NCBI GenBank assembly: GCA_040954595.2
Contig: CM082588.2
Span: 10,896,844 to 10,960,843 of the forward strand
DNA: 64,000 nucleotides
From: Balanoglossus misakiensis
Lineage: Eukaryota > Animalia > Hemichordata
Direction of reading: 5' to 3'
Under the pieces are notes generated by a model. That model made no database searches and was not told the DNA's origin. It worked only from the letters and a program-made list of their open reading frames with translations. Each line of letters opens with the position of its first letter. Position 1 is the stretch's first letter. A program made the translations under genes and the position numbers. Shown piece after piece: positions 23,802-36,500 of the stretch.

Positions 23802-24112
23802 TGACAATCTCGCTGATAGGCGCAGCTGGAATTTATGTTTCTGTGGTATGATTATTGTATTTTATCAATGCACAATCACGATGGGCGAGTTTCAAGCAAG
23901 CAATTGGATTCGCTTCAATCCCTCACTAAAATCTAGACTGCACCACTGTATAATAACACAATACAGTCTTCTAGCCTCATGGTATAAACAGGAACTCTTG
24001 TCTGCTGGACATCCGTGTACTTTGGTCTACTGAGTGAACGCGTTACGTATAGAGGTAGCGCAAAGTGAAAACCTATTTAAGGCAGCCACAACAATCAGTG
24101 TTGACGTACATA

Positions 24113-24217
24113 CAATCTGACTAAAATCGCAGTTGGTATGACGACAGCATACTAATAATACTGTACCACATAAGTAAAAGACGTCGTCGTACCATACATC
24201 TGATTTTATTCAGATTA
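24113..24217. mobile_element. Small palindromic MITE (related copy at 24478-24586)
   Basis: aatctga..aaaatc...ggtatgacgac / gtcgtcgtacc...gattttattcagatt arms. Confidence 0.55.
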
Positions 24218-24234
24218 CTGCATATTTGCATATA

Positions 24235-24441
24235 CTGTGAAACAAGTTATTTTCGCGAGCAATACATTTTCGCGAGATACGTGAGAGCCAAAATGGTATG
24301 AAAATAAGAGGTCGCATAATTATTTTTGAAGATAACGATGCAGTGAATGAAATAAGAGAACGCGAAAATTAATACTCGCGAAACAGTAGCCTCTCTCGAT
24401 ATCGTGAAAATTTCAACTCGCTAAAATAAAGTGTTTTACAG
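24235..24441. mobile_element. TA-flanked MITE
   Basis: TA|ctgtgaaaca..ttattttcgcgag ... ctcgctaaaataaagtgttttacag|TA, with internal tcgcga repeats. Confidence 0.7.
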
Positions 24442-24477
24442 TAGTTTATGTATGTAAAGTGTTCCTGATGTTAACAC

Positions 24478-24586
24478 AATCTGTTTGAAATCAGATGTAG
24501 GCCTAGGGAATGGCGACGTAGTTTTTTGATGCTGCGACAGCATAAAAAACACGTCGCCGTTCCCTACATCTGATTTTAATCAGATT
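24478..24586. mobile_element. Near-perfect hairpin MITE
   Basis: aatctg..aaatcagatgtag..agggaatggcgacgt..ttttt.atgctg / cagcataaaaaacacgtcgccgttccctacatctgatttt..cagatt. Confidence 0.65.
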
Positions 24587-24700
24587 AGCGTTAACATAAC
24601 TTTATCAGAATAAGTTAACGCCATAACTTTGACAGAATAAGAGTTGCCTCAAACGGCTCTAACCGAATTTCCATTAATAGCAGAACAAACAAGCTGTAAT

Positions 24701-26668
24701 CAATACGCCAACCTTTAAAATATTACTTTAGAAAGTTTGTATTCATACTTTCTTCAAGTTGTCATAACGCTAACCCGAAATGTGTTTTAGTATTGCCTTT
24801 GTATTAATGGGCTAGATTCATGGCGTTATATGTCATAAATTAAAAAGACAACCCTTATTGTTTTTGATAATATTTATGTCGGAGAATCCACAATGAAAAA
24901 TATGTATTTTCAATTTCATAACTCAAAATAATTTTCAAATCCATGACCTTATTTTCAACTCCAGTGATCGTACATCCTGAACCTTGTTCCAGTAAATGAT
25001 TGGTCATTACAGGGTTAATGGGCACTCTCCCGTTCTCTTCCTCCGCAGTTTCATTCATGTTCTTGTTTGACGGAAATGGGTGTGACCAGACGCTTGAATG
25101 TTTTCATGTGGGTTGAGTTGTTCATCGGGAACGGCCTCCTGGTGTGTCTGTACAGGTACGCAAGGAGAAACTGCCCACAAGAAGCTGCGAGTGAAACTAT
25201 TTAAGGTAGTATGTGCCTCGCGGTCCGAGATTCTGACAAATGATAGTCCTCAAAACTTTTTCAAGTCATTGATTTACTAAAGTGTGTGGTGAGTCTCTTT
25301 GAAAACAACAATAATATTACTCATCATATTGTAATTTTTTGAAACTATAAAATGAAGTTGACAATGCACCAAACAGATTCTATTTATTTCTTCATGACCA
25401 TGTTCACCCCAAGGTCATATGGACCTGCAAGTATATGCCAGAGCCAGAGTCGACATTACCGAAGCCAGAGTTTAAAGCTTACAGGTCACCCCTTGCCAGC
25501 TCATGACTAGCTAAACTGCCATGGATGCCAAGAGATATATGACTACGGTAACCTGTAGATGGTTTCAGTATGTTTGAAGAAAGTGGTGGCGCACTTTTGG
25601 CTACATTTGAAATGGCTATGGTACCAGTGGTTGAATTTGCAAAGGTGACCTTTGACCTGGCATCTTTAAAGATATTAAAGAACGATTTACCATTCCTTGT
25701 TGTCGTAAAATGACATCTGTAATAACTTATATTTTATCTGTTCATCTTGAAGTACTATATATTTAAACGCCAATTTTCCATTGCCAATCAAGTTTTTACA
25801 AATAAATTGTAATATGCATGTTGATTTTACAAAAACTCCTTACTTCCAAGTGAATTCTGTTACACATCACGTAACTATTTTCCCCACGAATTCTTCAGTT
25901 GCTAACTCGGAAATTTCATATATTGGGCAGAAATTGGATACATTACCCAGCCATTAAAATTACAGTTTTCTATTTTAATTGATCGTCCATAACTTCAAGT
26001 ACTTTGACTTGACATACATTAAAAACATCATGGTGAATAAATAAAAATTATTTGATTATCTAATTGTGCATGTTTACATGGTTTTATTTTAGTATGCTGG
26101 GTACTTAATGTCTAATGGCTCGCTGATTTTATACTGTTCAAGATGACAATCTAATTTTAGTTTTCAGCTGATAATTGAAATCAATGATTCAAAAAAATTG
26201 AATTTTGACATGAATAAACTTCTTGTTCATGGCAGTTGCTGTGTTTTGTTTCATTTGTATTCAATTTTTGCAAGCATACCATTGAGCACAGTTTGATTTG
26301 ATTAAACACGTTTATCGGAAAATTTTGTCATTTGAAATATCTGTTTTTGCGCCCTCTACCATTTGACCAAATGATTCTCTTATTTTGGTGGCCTTTGTCT
26401 GTGTATATGAGAATACTATAGTACTCTCGCATCGATCATAGTAGAAGTTGATAACGTCTCTTGCCACGTGGCCTGGAAGAAAGGCGATCTTTAGAGTAAA
26501 AAAAACAAACTATCCAGATAGGAAGCTAGAAAAGAAGTTGAATCGTTGAAATTTTATTTATTTTATATTGTTAATATCGTTGGTGATGTTGACTGGCCGA
26601 CAATCTTTGTCACACGAGTCTTTGCAGGCAGATTAAAACATTGCCTATTCCAGCAATAATCACAACAG
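24701..26668 (+). repeat. ~1.97-kb duplicated segment, copy 2
   Basis: Direct repeat of 7899-9867 with scattered substitutions. Confidence 0.95.
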
Positions 26669-29469
26669 GAGTGTGTCACACAGGAGACAGTTGGGATTAT
26701 AGTCATAATCTACCTTAGTTTGTTGTCAACAACCAGATGTGGTCGCATTCCGTGCATCCGTGCATATTTTGGAACAACGACTCTATCGAACAGACGTATT
26801 TCAAACACCTTGGAGAAAAACATCGATGACCAGTGGAATTGACTGTCGCTTGAAATCCGATAGGAATACACCTGTTTACGGTGGACGATACCGACACTCC
26901 TCTGCTAACTTAATCTGCTCTGCTAACTATACCTGCTTTGATTAAGTTGCGTCTAAAACTTTCCTTACAATACAATGTGGGTCTCGACTGTCGGTCCCAA
27001 CTATAGCGACGACAGCCTCGGTATGTTTCGCCGATAGCAATCCGGAGATGAAATTTGCATACAGCAATATCTTTCAAGATAAATAATTTATGTCCTAAAG
27101 GTATTACTTTTAGTGGTCTGACGGAGACGTTTTCTGCTGTAACATGCAAAACCTGCGGCGGACCTGAGGTCATGTTGCGAACACTGTAGTTTTGTTACGC
27201 CCGCCATCCTTCGGACGTTTACCTCATCGGGGCTTCTTTGGGGAATCAGCCACGTCCGAAGGGTGAGAGTGTAAATTCTCTCCCTCTCCTTCTCCACCCA
27301 ACATATTCATAGAGTCAGAGAGAGGTACCCGGCATATCGTAAACTTAACGAGAGGCATAACGAGACTTTCAACAAGTTTTCCGAGTAACACAAATAGTTG
27401 TGGTTTATTACTGGTCACACGTAAGAATTACACGACTCTATCCATGCTCGTTGACTCCCGTCACGGATCTCCGGTGATAATAATGTGATATCAAATTTCA
27501 CCACCTCTTATTAATACGTTAGTCAAGTATTATGTCATAAAAGGAACACGTCATCTTAATATTTCTTAAACATGAACTTAGCGCGTGATATCTCTATCTC
27601 GTTCTGACATGTATCAATTACACAATCTTGTTTACTCTGAGTCAAATACCTATTTTTTTTTGGTGATTTTCACCGATGTTTTTTTTTTCAAAAATCGACG
27701 AACCAATGATTTTTTTCAAAATCGACGAAATTTTGAGATTATGCAAAGTCGAAAATTTTTCATTTTTTGATGATTTTCACCCATGATTTTTTTCAAAAAT
27801 CTACGAAATTTTGAGATTTTGCAAACTCGAAAATGTGTCATTTTTTTATGATTTTCACCCATGATTTTTTTTTAAAAATCGACGAACCCATAATTTTTTT
27901 CAAAATCGACGAAATTTTGAGATTTTGCAGTCTAAAATGTTTCATTTTTTGATGATTTTCACCCATGTTTTTTTTTCAAAAATCGACGAACCCATGTTTT
28001 TTTTCAAAAGTCGACGAAATTTTGAGATTTTGCAGTCTTAAATTTGTCATTTTTTGATGGTTTTCACCCATGTTTTTTTAAAAAATCGACGAACCCGTGA
28101 TTTTTTTTCAAAATCGACGAAATTTTGAGATTTTGCAAAATCAAAAATTTGTCATTTTTTGATGATTTTCACCCATGTTTTTTTTTTTCAGAAATCGACG
28201 AACGCATGTTTTTTTTCAAAAATCGACGAAATTTTGAGATTTTGCAGTCGAAAATTTGTCATTTTTTGATGGTTTTCACCCATGTTTTTTTAAAAAATCG
28301 ACGAACCCGTGATTTTTTTCAAAATCGACGAAATTTTGAGATTTTGCAAAATCAAAAATTTGTCATTTTTTTGATGATTTTCACCCATGATTTTTTTTCA
28401 AAAATCGACGAAATTTTGAGATTTGCAGTCGAAAATTTGTCATTTTTTGATGATTTTCACCCATGATTTTTTCAAAAATCGACGAACCCATATTTTTTTT
28501 CAAAATCGACGAAATTTTGAGATTTTGCAAAGTCGAAAATTTGTCATTTTTTGATGATTTTCACCCATGTTTTTTTTTTTCAAAAATCGACGATATTTTG
28601 AGATTTGCAGTCGAAAATTTGTCATTTTTTGATGATTTTCACCCATGATTTTTTCAAAAATCGACGAACCCATAATTTTTTTCAAAATCGACGAAATTTT
28701 GACATTTTGCAAAGTCGAAAATTTGTCATTTTTTGATGATTTTCACCCATGTTTTTTTTCAAAAATCGACGAACCCATGGTTTTTTTTCAAAAATCGACG
28801 ATATTTTGAGATTTCGCAAAGTTGAAAATTTGACATTTGTTGATGATTTTCATGAGCTACAGCCAATGATTTTTTTTTCAAAAATCGACGAAATTTTGAG
28901 ATTTTGCAGTCGAAAATTTGTCATTTTGTTGATTTTCACCCATGTTTTTTTTAAACAATCGACGAACCCATGATTTTTTTTCAAAATCGGCGAACTTTTG
29001 AGATTTGGAAAATCGAAAATTTGTCATTTTTTGATGATTTTCACCCATGATTTTTTTACAAAAATCGACGAACCCATGATTTTTTTCAAAATCGACGAAA
29101 TTTTGAGGTTTTGCAAAGTCGAAAATTTTTCATTTTTTGATGATTTTCACCCATGTTTTTTTTTAAAAATCAACGAACCCATGATTTTTTTTCCAAATCG
29201 ACGAAATTTTGAGATTTTGCAAAGTCGAAAATTCACCCATGTTTTTTTAAAAAATCAACGAACCCATGATTTTTTTCAAAATCGATGAAATTTTGAGATT
29301 TTGCAAAGTCGAAAATTCACCCATGTTTTTTTTCAAAAATCGACGAACCCATAATTTTTTTCAAAATCGACGAAATTTTGAGATTTTGCAAAATCAAAAA
29401 TTTGTCATTTTTTGATGATTTTCACCATGATTTTTTTCAAAAATCGACCAAATTTTGAGATTTTGCAGT

Positions 29470-32400
29470 TAGTGCGGTATGGTATGTCATGAAAAACAGC
29501 TCCCGTAGGATTGTTGTGCTAAAATTGATTTTTTTGCTGTTTTGGCTTCTATTGGGACCCAACTACCCGAAAATGATGGGGTGCAATTTTAAGGGCCCCT
29601 CCATCATATTTTTCTCGGGGGGGGGGTACTTCCGTTTTGTGGTATGATGTGTATTCCCGTAGGATTTTTGTGCTAAAATTGATTTTTTTGCTGTTTTGGC
29701 TTCTATGGGGACCCAACTACCCGAAAATGATGGGGTGCAATTTTTAGGGCCCCTCCATCATATTTTTTCGGGGGGGGGGGGGGGGGGTCGTCACTCCTGT
29801 TTTGGCCTCCCCGAAGATATTTATTCACCTATCTACTCCATTTTCGTAGAATTTTCTGCTAAAGAATTTTTTTTTGCTGTTTTGACACCTGGTCACAAAA
29901 GATCACATGCAAATTTTAGGGCCCCTCTATTACATTTGTGGGGGGGGGGGGCACTTACATTCCGACAATCTTAACGGTATTTGTTCACCTATACCGTGTA
30001 TTCTCGTAGGAGTTTTTGCTAATAGTTATTTGTTTTGTTTGCTGTTTTGGTTTCAATGATGAATAAACATCCCCAAAATGATGGAAATCAATTTGTTGGA
30101 CCCCTCCATCACATTTTCTTGCAGGGGGGGGGGTCACTTTAGTTTTAGCAGCCCTGGAGATATTTGTTCATAGTGTGACATGTGTATTTGTAAAGGATTT
30201 CTTCCAATTTCTTTTTTTTTAACTTCTATGGGGACCTAACTGCTCAAAAATGAGGTCAAATTTTAGGGCCTCTCCACATATTGGGAATCTTAAATATTAG
30301 ACGGTTTATGGGTAAACATATCAGTTACCTACATTTGTATCAGTTGTCATATATACTACAGCGCTATCTTATTTTTATAAATATACTTAGTTGAATTTTG
30401 ACACTAACAAATCAACCACAAATATCTCTCTGGTTTGGACTTAGCATAATATACCTCCCCTCACCTTGGACCGCCACCCAACTCATCACCACACTCATGT
30501 TTTCTATGGTTTACAAAAATATAGTATACTAGGCTATACCAAATAGTGAACACCTATTGCCTGGCCATGAGGGCCATAGCAGCCGTTTATTACACCCGAG
30601 GGGCCGTGAGTTACCAGAATCATATGCATATGATTCTGGTAACTTTTTCGTTAAGAGTTGTTTATTCTTTCGTAGCACAATCAATGTCTGAGATATTTAC
30701 CATTGTACTAAAATTCTCATCGATATAAGTCTGTGCATAAACTCTGAAGTACGTTTTAATCAACACTTGTTTTTTGGGGTATTAAAACGATATTCAGTTG
30801 AACTCATTTCAAAGTTAAATACTGTCGTAAATAAAGCCATATCAGTTGAAGTATTGTCTATTTTAAAGTAGTATTTTCAAAATTTTCATGCCAATAGCAA
30901 AATAGTGCTGTAAAAAGCCCTTGAACTATGTCTTACTTCTAAAACTTGTTTTGGTAAACATTAACAATATCAAATTTGGCTCATTTTGTAGCTCAATACT
31001 ACTGAAAATAAAACAAGTCTGTGAACTACATCTCAGTTTTATTACTAAATACATATTGGCTATTTTCTTAGCACCGTAAGCAGCGTTTTACGTTCCAGTT
31101 CGATAGCTATTAGGACATTTTGCAATAAACTACAGAATTAATATGTAGATAAAAATAAGATTTGCGTGATCTGTGAAAAGGGTGCCACCCCTTCATCACA
31201 ATGAGAGATAAATCATACGCAACAAATTGTCCTGAACTTCCCCCAATCAAAAAGAATGGGTGGAAATCGGAGAATGGCGTGTTTTATCCAGTAAAATGTC
31301 TTGCTCTCCCTGCACCAAAGGCAGTACTAGAGCTTATCAAATGTGGCTGCAAAGCAGGTTGTAGGGGACGTTGCAGTTGCTCAAAGAATGATTTACTATG
31401 TACTCCCCTCTGCAAATGCTATGGTGGAGACTGAAAACCAGGGGGAAATGTTCTTGAAGATAACGACACTGGCGATGAGTAGATCAAACAGAACTGGGTT
31501 TCGTGAAAATGATGATTGAGAATACCAAGATATCAGAAAAGAATCGTTATGCTTCTTGGGTTGTTTATTGCACCGTCCGTGGTAGGGAGGGTGCCTCAAG
31601 GGTCCATTTTATGAGATGGGACTGTAGCTCGGAAAATAAACTAAAATACACATTATGTACTTTATTATATATAAAGGAGTTTTAATTTACCTTAGTATAC
31701 TAAATTTAGAATAAACGAAAAAATCTAAGATAAAAAAAAACTACTGTTACAACGGGTTGGCGAAAACAAATATAGAGAACCCCCCCCCCCCCCCCCACCA
31801 AAAAATGTGGTAAAGGGGTCCAACATTTTGCACACCATCACTTTTCGGCAGTCAGTCTGCATTCAAGCCAAAGGAGCAAACCAAATTGCAAGAAATACCA
31901 CGACAATACTAACCGTATAGTAAATAGGTGAATAAGTATCTTCAGGGTGGCCAAAACAGAAATGATTACCCTCCCCCCCCCCAAGACATGATGGAAGGTT
32001 CCAAAAATTTGAACCCCATCATTTTAGTTCTGGTGGAGCCCCATTGAAACCAAAACATCAAAGAAAAATAATATTTTTAGCAAAATATTCTATGAGAAGG
32101 GAGTAAATAGGCCAACAAACAACTTCGGAGTGGCCAAAATGGAAGTGCCCCCCCCCCCAAATAAAAAATGATGGAGGGGCCCTATAATTTGCACCCGATT
32201 ATTTTTGGCCAGGTTGGTCTCCTCCAAAGCAAACACAACAAAAACAAATTAATTGTAGCCCAAATTCCCATGATGATAGAGTAAATAGGTGAACAAATAT
32301 CCTCGAGTGACCAAAACAGAAGAGACCCCCCGAAAAAAATTGATGGAGGGGCCCTAAAAATTGCACCCCATGATTTTTGGGTAGTTGGGTCCCCATTGAA

Positions 32401-32617
32401 GCCAAACAGCAAAAAAAATCAATTTTAGCAGAAAAATCCTACGGGAATACACATCATACCACAAAACGGAAGTACCCCCCCCAGAAAAATATGATGGAGG
32501 GGCCCTTAAAATTGCACCCCATCATTTTCGGGTAGTTGGGTCCCCGTAGAAGCCAAAACAGCAAAAAAATCAATTTTAGCACAAAAATCCTACGGGAATA
32601 CACATCATACCACACTA
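29470..32617 (+). mobile_element. Internally deleted AcademX-like transposon with long TIRs built from ~140-bp subrepeats
   Basis: TAGTG(C/T)GGTATG...CATACCACACTA termini and a 3-bp TSD, AGT (29467-29469 and 32618-32620). Removal restores the satellite sequence ttttgc-agt-cgaaaatttg. About 700 bp at each end are inverted. Confidence 0.85.
31201..31434 (+). pseudogene. C-terminal Cys-rich (CXC/Cys8) fragment of an Academ-type transposase
   Basis: GW...P...APKAVLELIKCGCKAGCRGRCSCSKNDLLCTPLCKC. Confidence 0.8.
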
Positions 32618-33550
32618 AGTCGAAAATTTGTAATTTTTTGATGATTTTCACCCATGTTTTTTTTTTCAAAAATCGACGAACCCATGATTTTTTTCGAAAT
32701 CGACGAAATTTTGAGATTTTGCAGTCGAAAATTTGTCATTTTTTGATGATTTTCACCCATGATTTTTTTCAAAAATCGACGAACCCATAATTTTTTTCAA
32801 AATCGACGAAATTTTGAGATTTCGCAAAGTTGAAAATTTGACATTTGTTGATGATTTTCATGAGCTATAGCCCATGATTTTTTTTTCAAAATCGACGAAC
32901 CCATGTTTTTTTTTCAAAAATCGACGATATTTTGAGATTTCGCAAAGTTGAAAATTTGACATTTGTTGATGATTTTCATGAGCTATAGCCCATGATTTTT
33001 TATTTCAAAAATCGACGAAATTTTGAGATTTGCAAAGTCGAACATTGGTCATTTTGATGATTTTCACCCATTTTTTTTTTTTCAAAAATCGACGAACCCA
33101 TAATTTTTTTTCAAAATCGACGAAATTTTGAGATTTTGCAAAGTCGAAAATTTGTCATTTTTTGATGATTTTCATCCATGTTTTTTTTCACAATTCAACG
33201 AACCCATGATTGTTTTCAAAATCGACGAAATTTTGAGATTTTGCAAGAACCCATGATTTTTTTCAAATTCGACGAAATTTTGAGATTTTGCAAAGTCGAA
33301 AATTTGTCATTTTTTGATGATTTTCACCCATGATTTTTTGCAAAAATCGACGAACCCATGATTTTTTTCCAAAATCGACGAAATTTTGAGATTTTGCAAA
33401 GTCGAAAATTTGTCATTTTTTGATGATTTTCATCCATGTTTTTTTTTTCAAAATTCAACGAACCCATGATTTTTTTCAAAATCGACGAAATTTTGAGATT
33501 TTGCAAGAACCCATGATTTTTTTCAAAATCGACGAAATATTGAGATTTTG

Positions 33551-36500
33551 CAAAATCTCAAAATTTCGTCGATTTTGAAAAAAAATCATGGGTTCGTCGA
33601 TTTTTGAAAAAAAACATGGGAGAAAATCTTCAAAAAATGGGAATTTTGTCGATTTTTGAAAAAAAAAATCATGGGTGAAAATCATCAAAAAATGACAAAT
33701 TTTCGACTTTGCAAAATCTCAAAATTTCGTCGATTTTTGAGAAAAATCATGGGTGAAAATCATCAAAAAATGACAAATTTTCGACTTTGCAAAATCTCAA
33801 AATTTCGTCGAATTTTTGAAAAAAAACATGGATGAAAATCATCGAAAAATGACAAATTTTCGACTGCAAAATCTCAAAATTTTGTCGATTTTGAAAAAAG
33901 TATGGGTTCGACGATTTTTAAAAAAAATCATGGGTGAAAATCATCAAAAAATGACAAATTTTCGACTTTGCAAGAACTTCGAGATTTTCGTCGATTTTTG
34001 AAAAAAAAAATCGTGGGGGGGGGGGGAAATCATAAAAAAATGACAAATTTTCGACTTTGCAAAATCTCAAAATATCGTCGATTTTGGAAAAAAAACATGG
34101 GTTCGTCGAAAAAAAAACATGGGTGAAAATCATCAAAAAATGACAAATTTTCGACTTTGCAAAATCTCAAAAGTCCGTCGATTTAAAAAAAAAACATGGG
34201 TGAAAATCTTCAAAAATGACAAAGTTTCGACTTTGCAAAATCTCAAAATTTCATCGATTTCTGAAAAAAATCATAGGGGAAAATCATCAAAAAATGACAA
34301 ATTTTCGACTGCAAAATCTTAAAATTTCGTCAATTTTTGAAAAAAATCATGGGTAAAAATCATAAATAAATGAAAAATTTTCGACTTTGCAAAATCTCAA
34401 AATTTCGTCGATTTTTGAAAAAAATCATGGGTGAAAATCATCAAAAAATGACAAATTTTCGACTTTGCAAAATTTTCAAAAATTCGTTGATTTTTGAAAA
34501 AAAAATGGGTTATAGCTTATGAAAATCATCAACAAATGACAAATTTTCGACTTTGCAAAATCTCAAAATTTCGTCGATTTTGAAAAAAATCATGGGTTCG
34601 TCGATTTTTGAAAAAAAACATGGGTGAAAATCTTCAAAAAATGACAAATTTTCGACTTTGCAAAAACTGAAAATTTCGTCGATTTTTGAAAAAAATAATG
34701 AGTGAAAATCATCAAAAAAGACAAAGTTTCGACTTTGCAAAATCTCAAAATTTCGTCGATTTCTGAAAAAAATCATGGGTAAAATCGTCAAAAAAAGACA
34801 GATTTTCGACAGCAAAATCTTAAAATTTCGGCAATTTTTGAAAAAAAATCATGGGTAAAAATCATCAAAAAATGACAAATTTTCGACTTTGCAAAATCTC
34901 AAAATTTCGTCAATTTTTGAAAAAAAAATCGTGGGGGGGGGAAATCATCAAAAAAATGACAAATTTTCGACTTTGCAAAATTTTGAAAAATTCGTCGATT
35001 TTAAAAAAAAAACATGGGTTCGTCCATTTTTGAAAAAAAAAACATGGGTGAAAATCATCAACAAATGACAAATGTTCAACTTTGCAAAATCTCAAAATTT
35101 CGTCGATTTTTGAAAAAAAAAATCGTGGGGGGGGGGGGAAATCATCAAAAAAATTACAAATTTTCGACTTAACAAAATTTTCAAAAATTCGTCGATTTTT
35201 GAAAAAAAAAAACATGGGTTCGTCCATTTTTGAAAAAAAAAACATGGGTGAAAATCATCAACAAATGACAAATGTTCAACTTTGCAAAATCTCAAAATAT
35301 TGTCGATTTTTGAAAAAAAATCATGGGTTCGTTGATTTTTGAAAAAAAAACATGGGTGAAAATCATCAAAAAATTACAAATTTTCGTCTTTGCAAAATCT
35401 CAAAATTTCGTCGATTTTTGAAAAAAAAAATCATGGGTAAAAATCATCAAAAAAATACAAATTTTCGACTTTGCAAAATCTAAAAATTTTGTCGATTTTT
35501 GAAAAAAATCATGGGTGAAAATCATCAAAAAATGACAAATTTTCGACTTTGCAAAATCTCAAAATTTCGTAGATTTTTGAAAAAAAATCATGGGTTCGTT
35601 GATTTTTGAAAAAAAAAACATGGGTGAAAATCATCAAAAAATTACAAATTTTCGAATTTGCAAAATCTCAAAATTTCGTCGATTTTTGAAAAAAAAACAT
35701 GGGTGAAAATCATCAAAAAATGACAAATTTTCGACTTTGCAAAATCTCAAAATTTCGTAAATTTTTGAAAAAAAGTCATGGGTGAAAATCATAAAAAAAT
35801 TACAAATTTTCGTCTTTGCAAAATCTCAAAATTTCGTCGATTTTTGAAAAAAAAAATCATGGGTAAAAATCATCAAAAAATTACAAATTTTCGACTTTGC
35901 AAAATCTAAAAATTTTGTCGATTTTTGAAAAAAATCATGGGTGAAAATCATCAAAAAATGACAAATTTTCGACTTTGCAAAATCTCAAAATTTCGTCGAT
36001 TTTTGAAAAAAATCATGGGTTCGTTCAATTTTGAAAAAAAACATGGATGAAAATCATCGAAAAATGACAAATTTTCGACTGCAAAATCTCAAAATTTTGT
36101 CGATTTTTGAAAAAAAATCATGGGTGAAAATCATTAATAAATGACAAATTTTCGACTTTGCAAAATCTCAAAATTTCGTCGATTTTTGAAAAAAAATCAT
36201 GGGTGAAAATCATCAAAAAATTACAAATTTTCGACTTTGCAAAATCTCAAAATTTCGTCGATTTTTGAGAAAAATCATGGGTGAAAATCATCAAAAAATG
36301 ACAAATTTTCGACTTTGCAAAATCTCAAAATTTTGTCGATTTTTGAAAAAAAATCATGGGTTCGTTGATTTTTGAAAAAAAACATGGGTGAAAATCATCA
36401 AAAAATTACAAATTTTCGAATTTGCAAAATCTCAAAATTTCGTCGATTTTGGAAAAAAAAACATGGGTGAAAATCATCAAAAAATTACAAATTTTCGACT

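Larger units (their letters stand above)
27655..33550 (-). repeat. 78-bp satellite, reverse-oriented and more diverged edge block (interrupted at 29470-32617)
   Basis: Tandem copies of tttttcaaaaatcgacgaaattttgagattttgcaaagtcgaaaatttgtcattttttgatgattttcacccatg. Confidence 0.95.

Noticed and set aside
7899-26668. The 2-kb direct repeats as LTRs of a giant element
   Set aside because: No TG..CA ends, PBS, PPT or TSD; the enclosed Gmr1 element has its own LTR.
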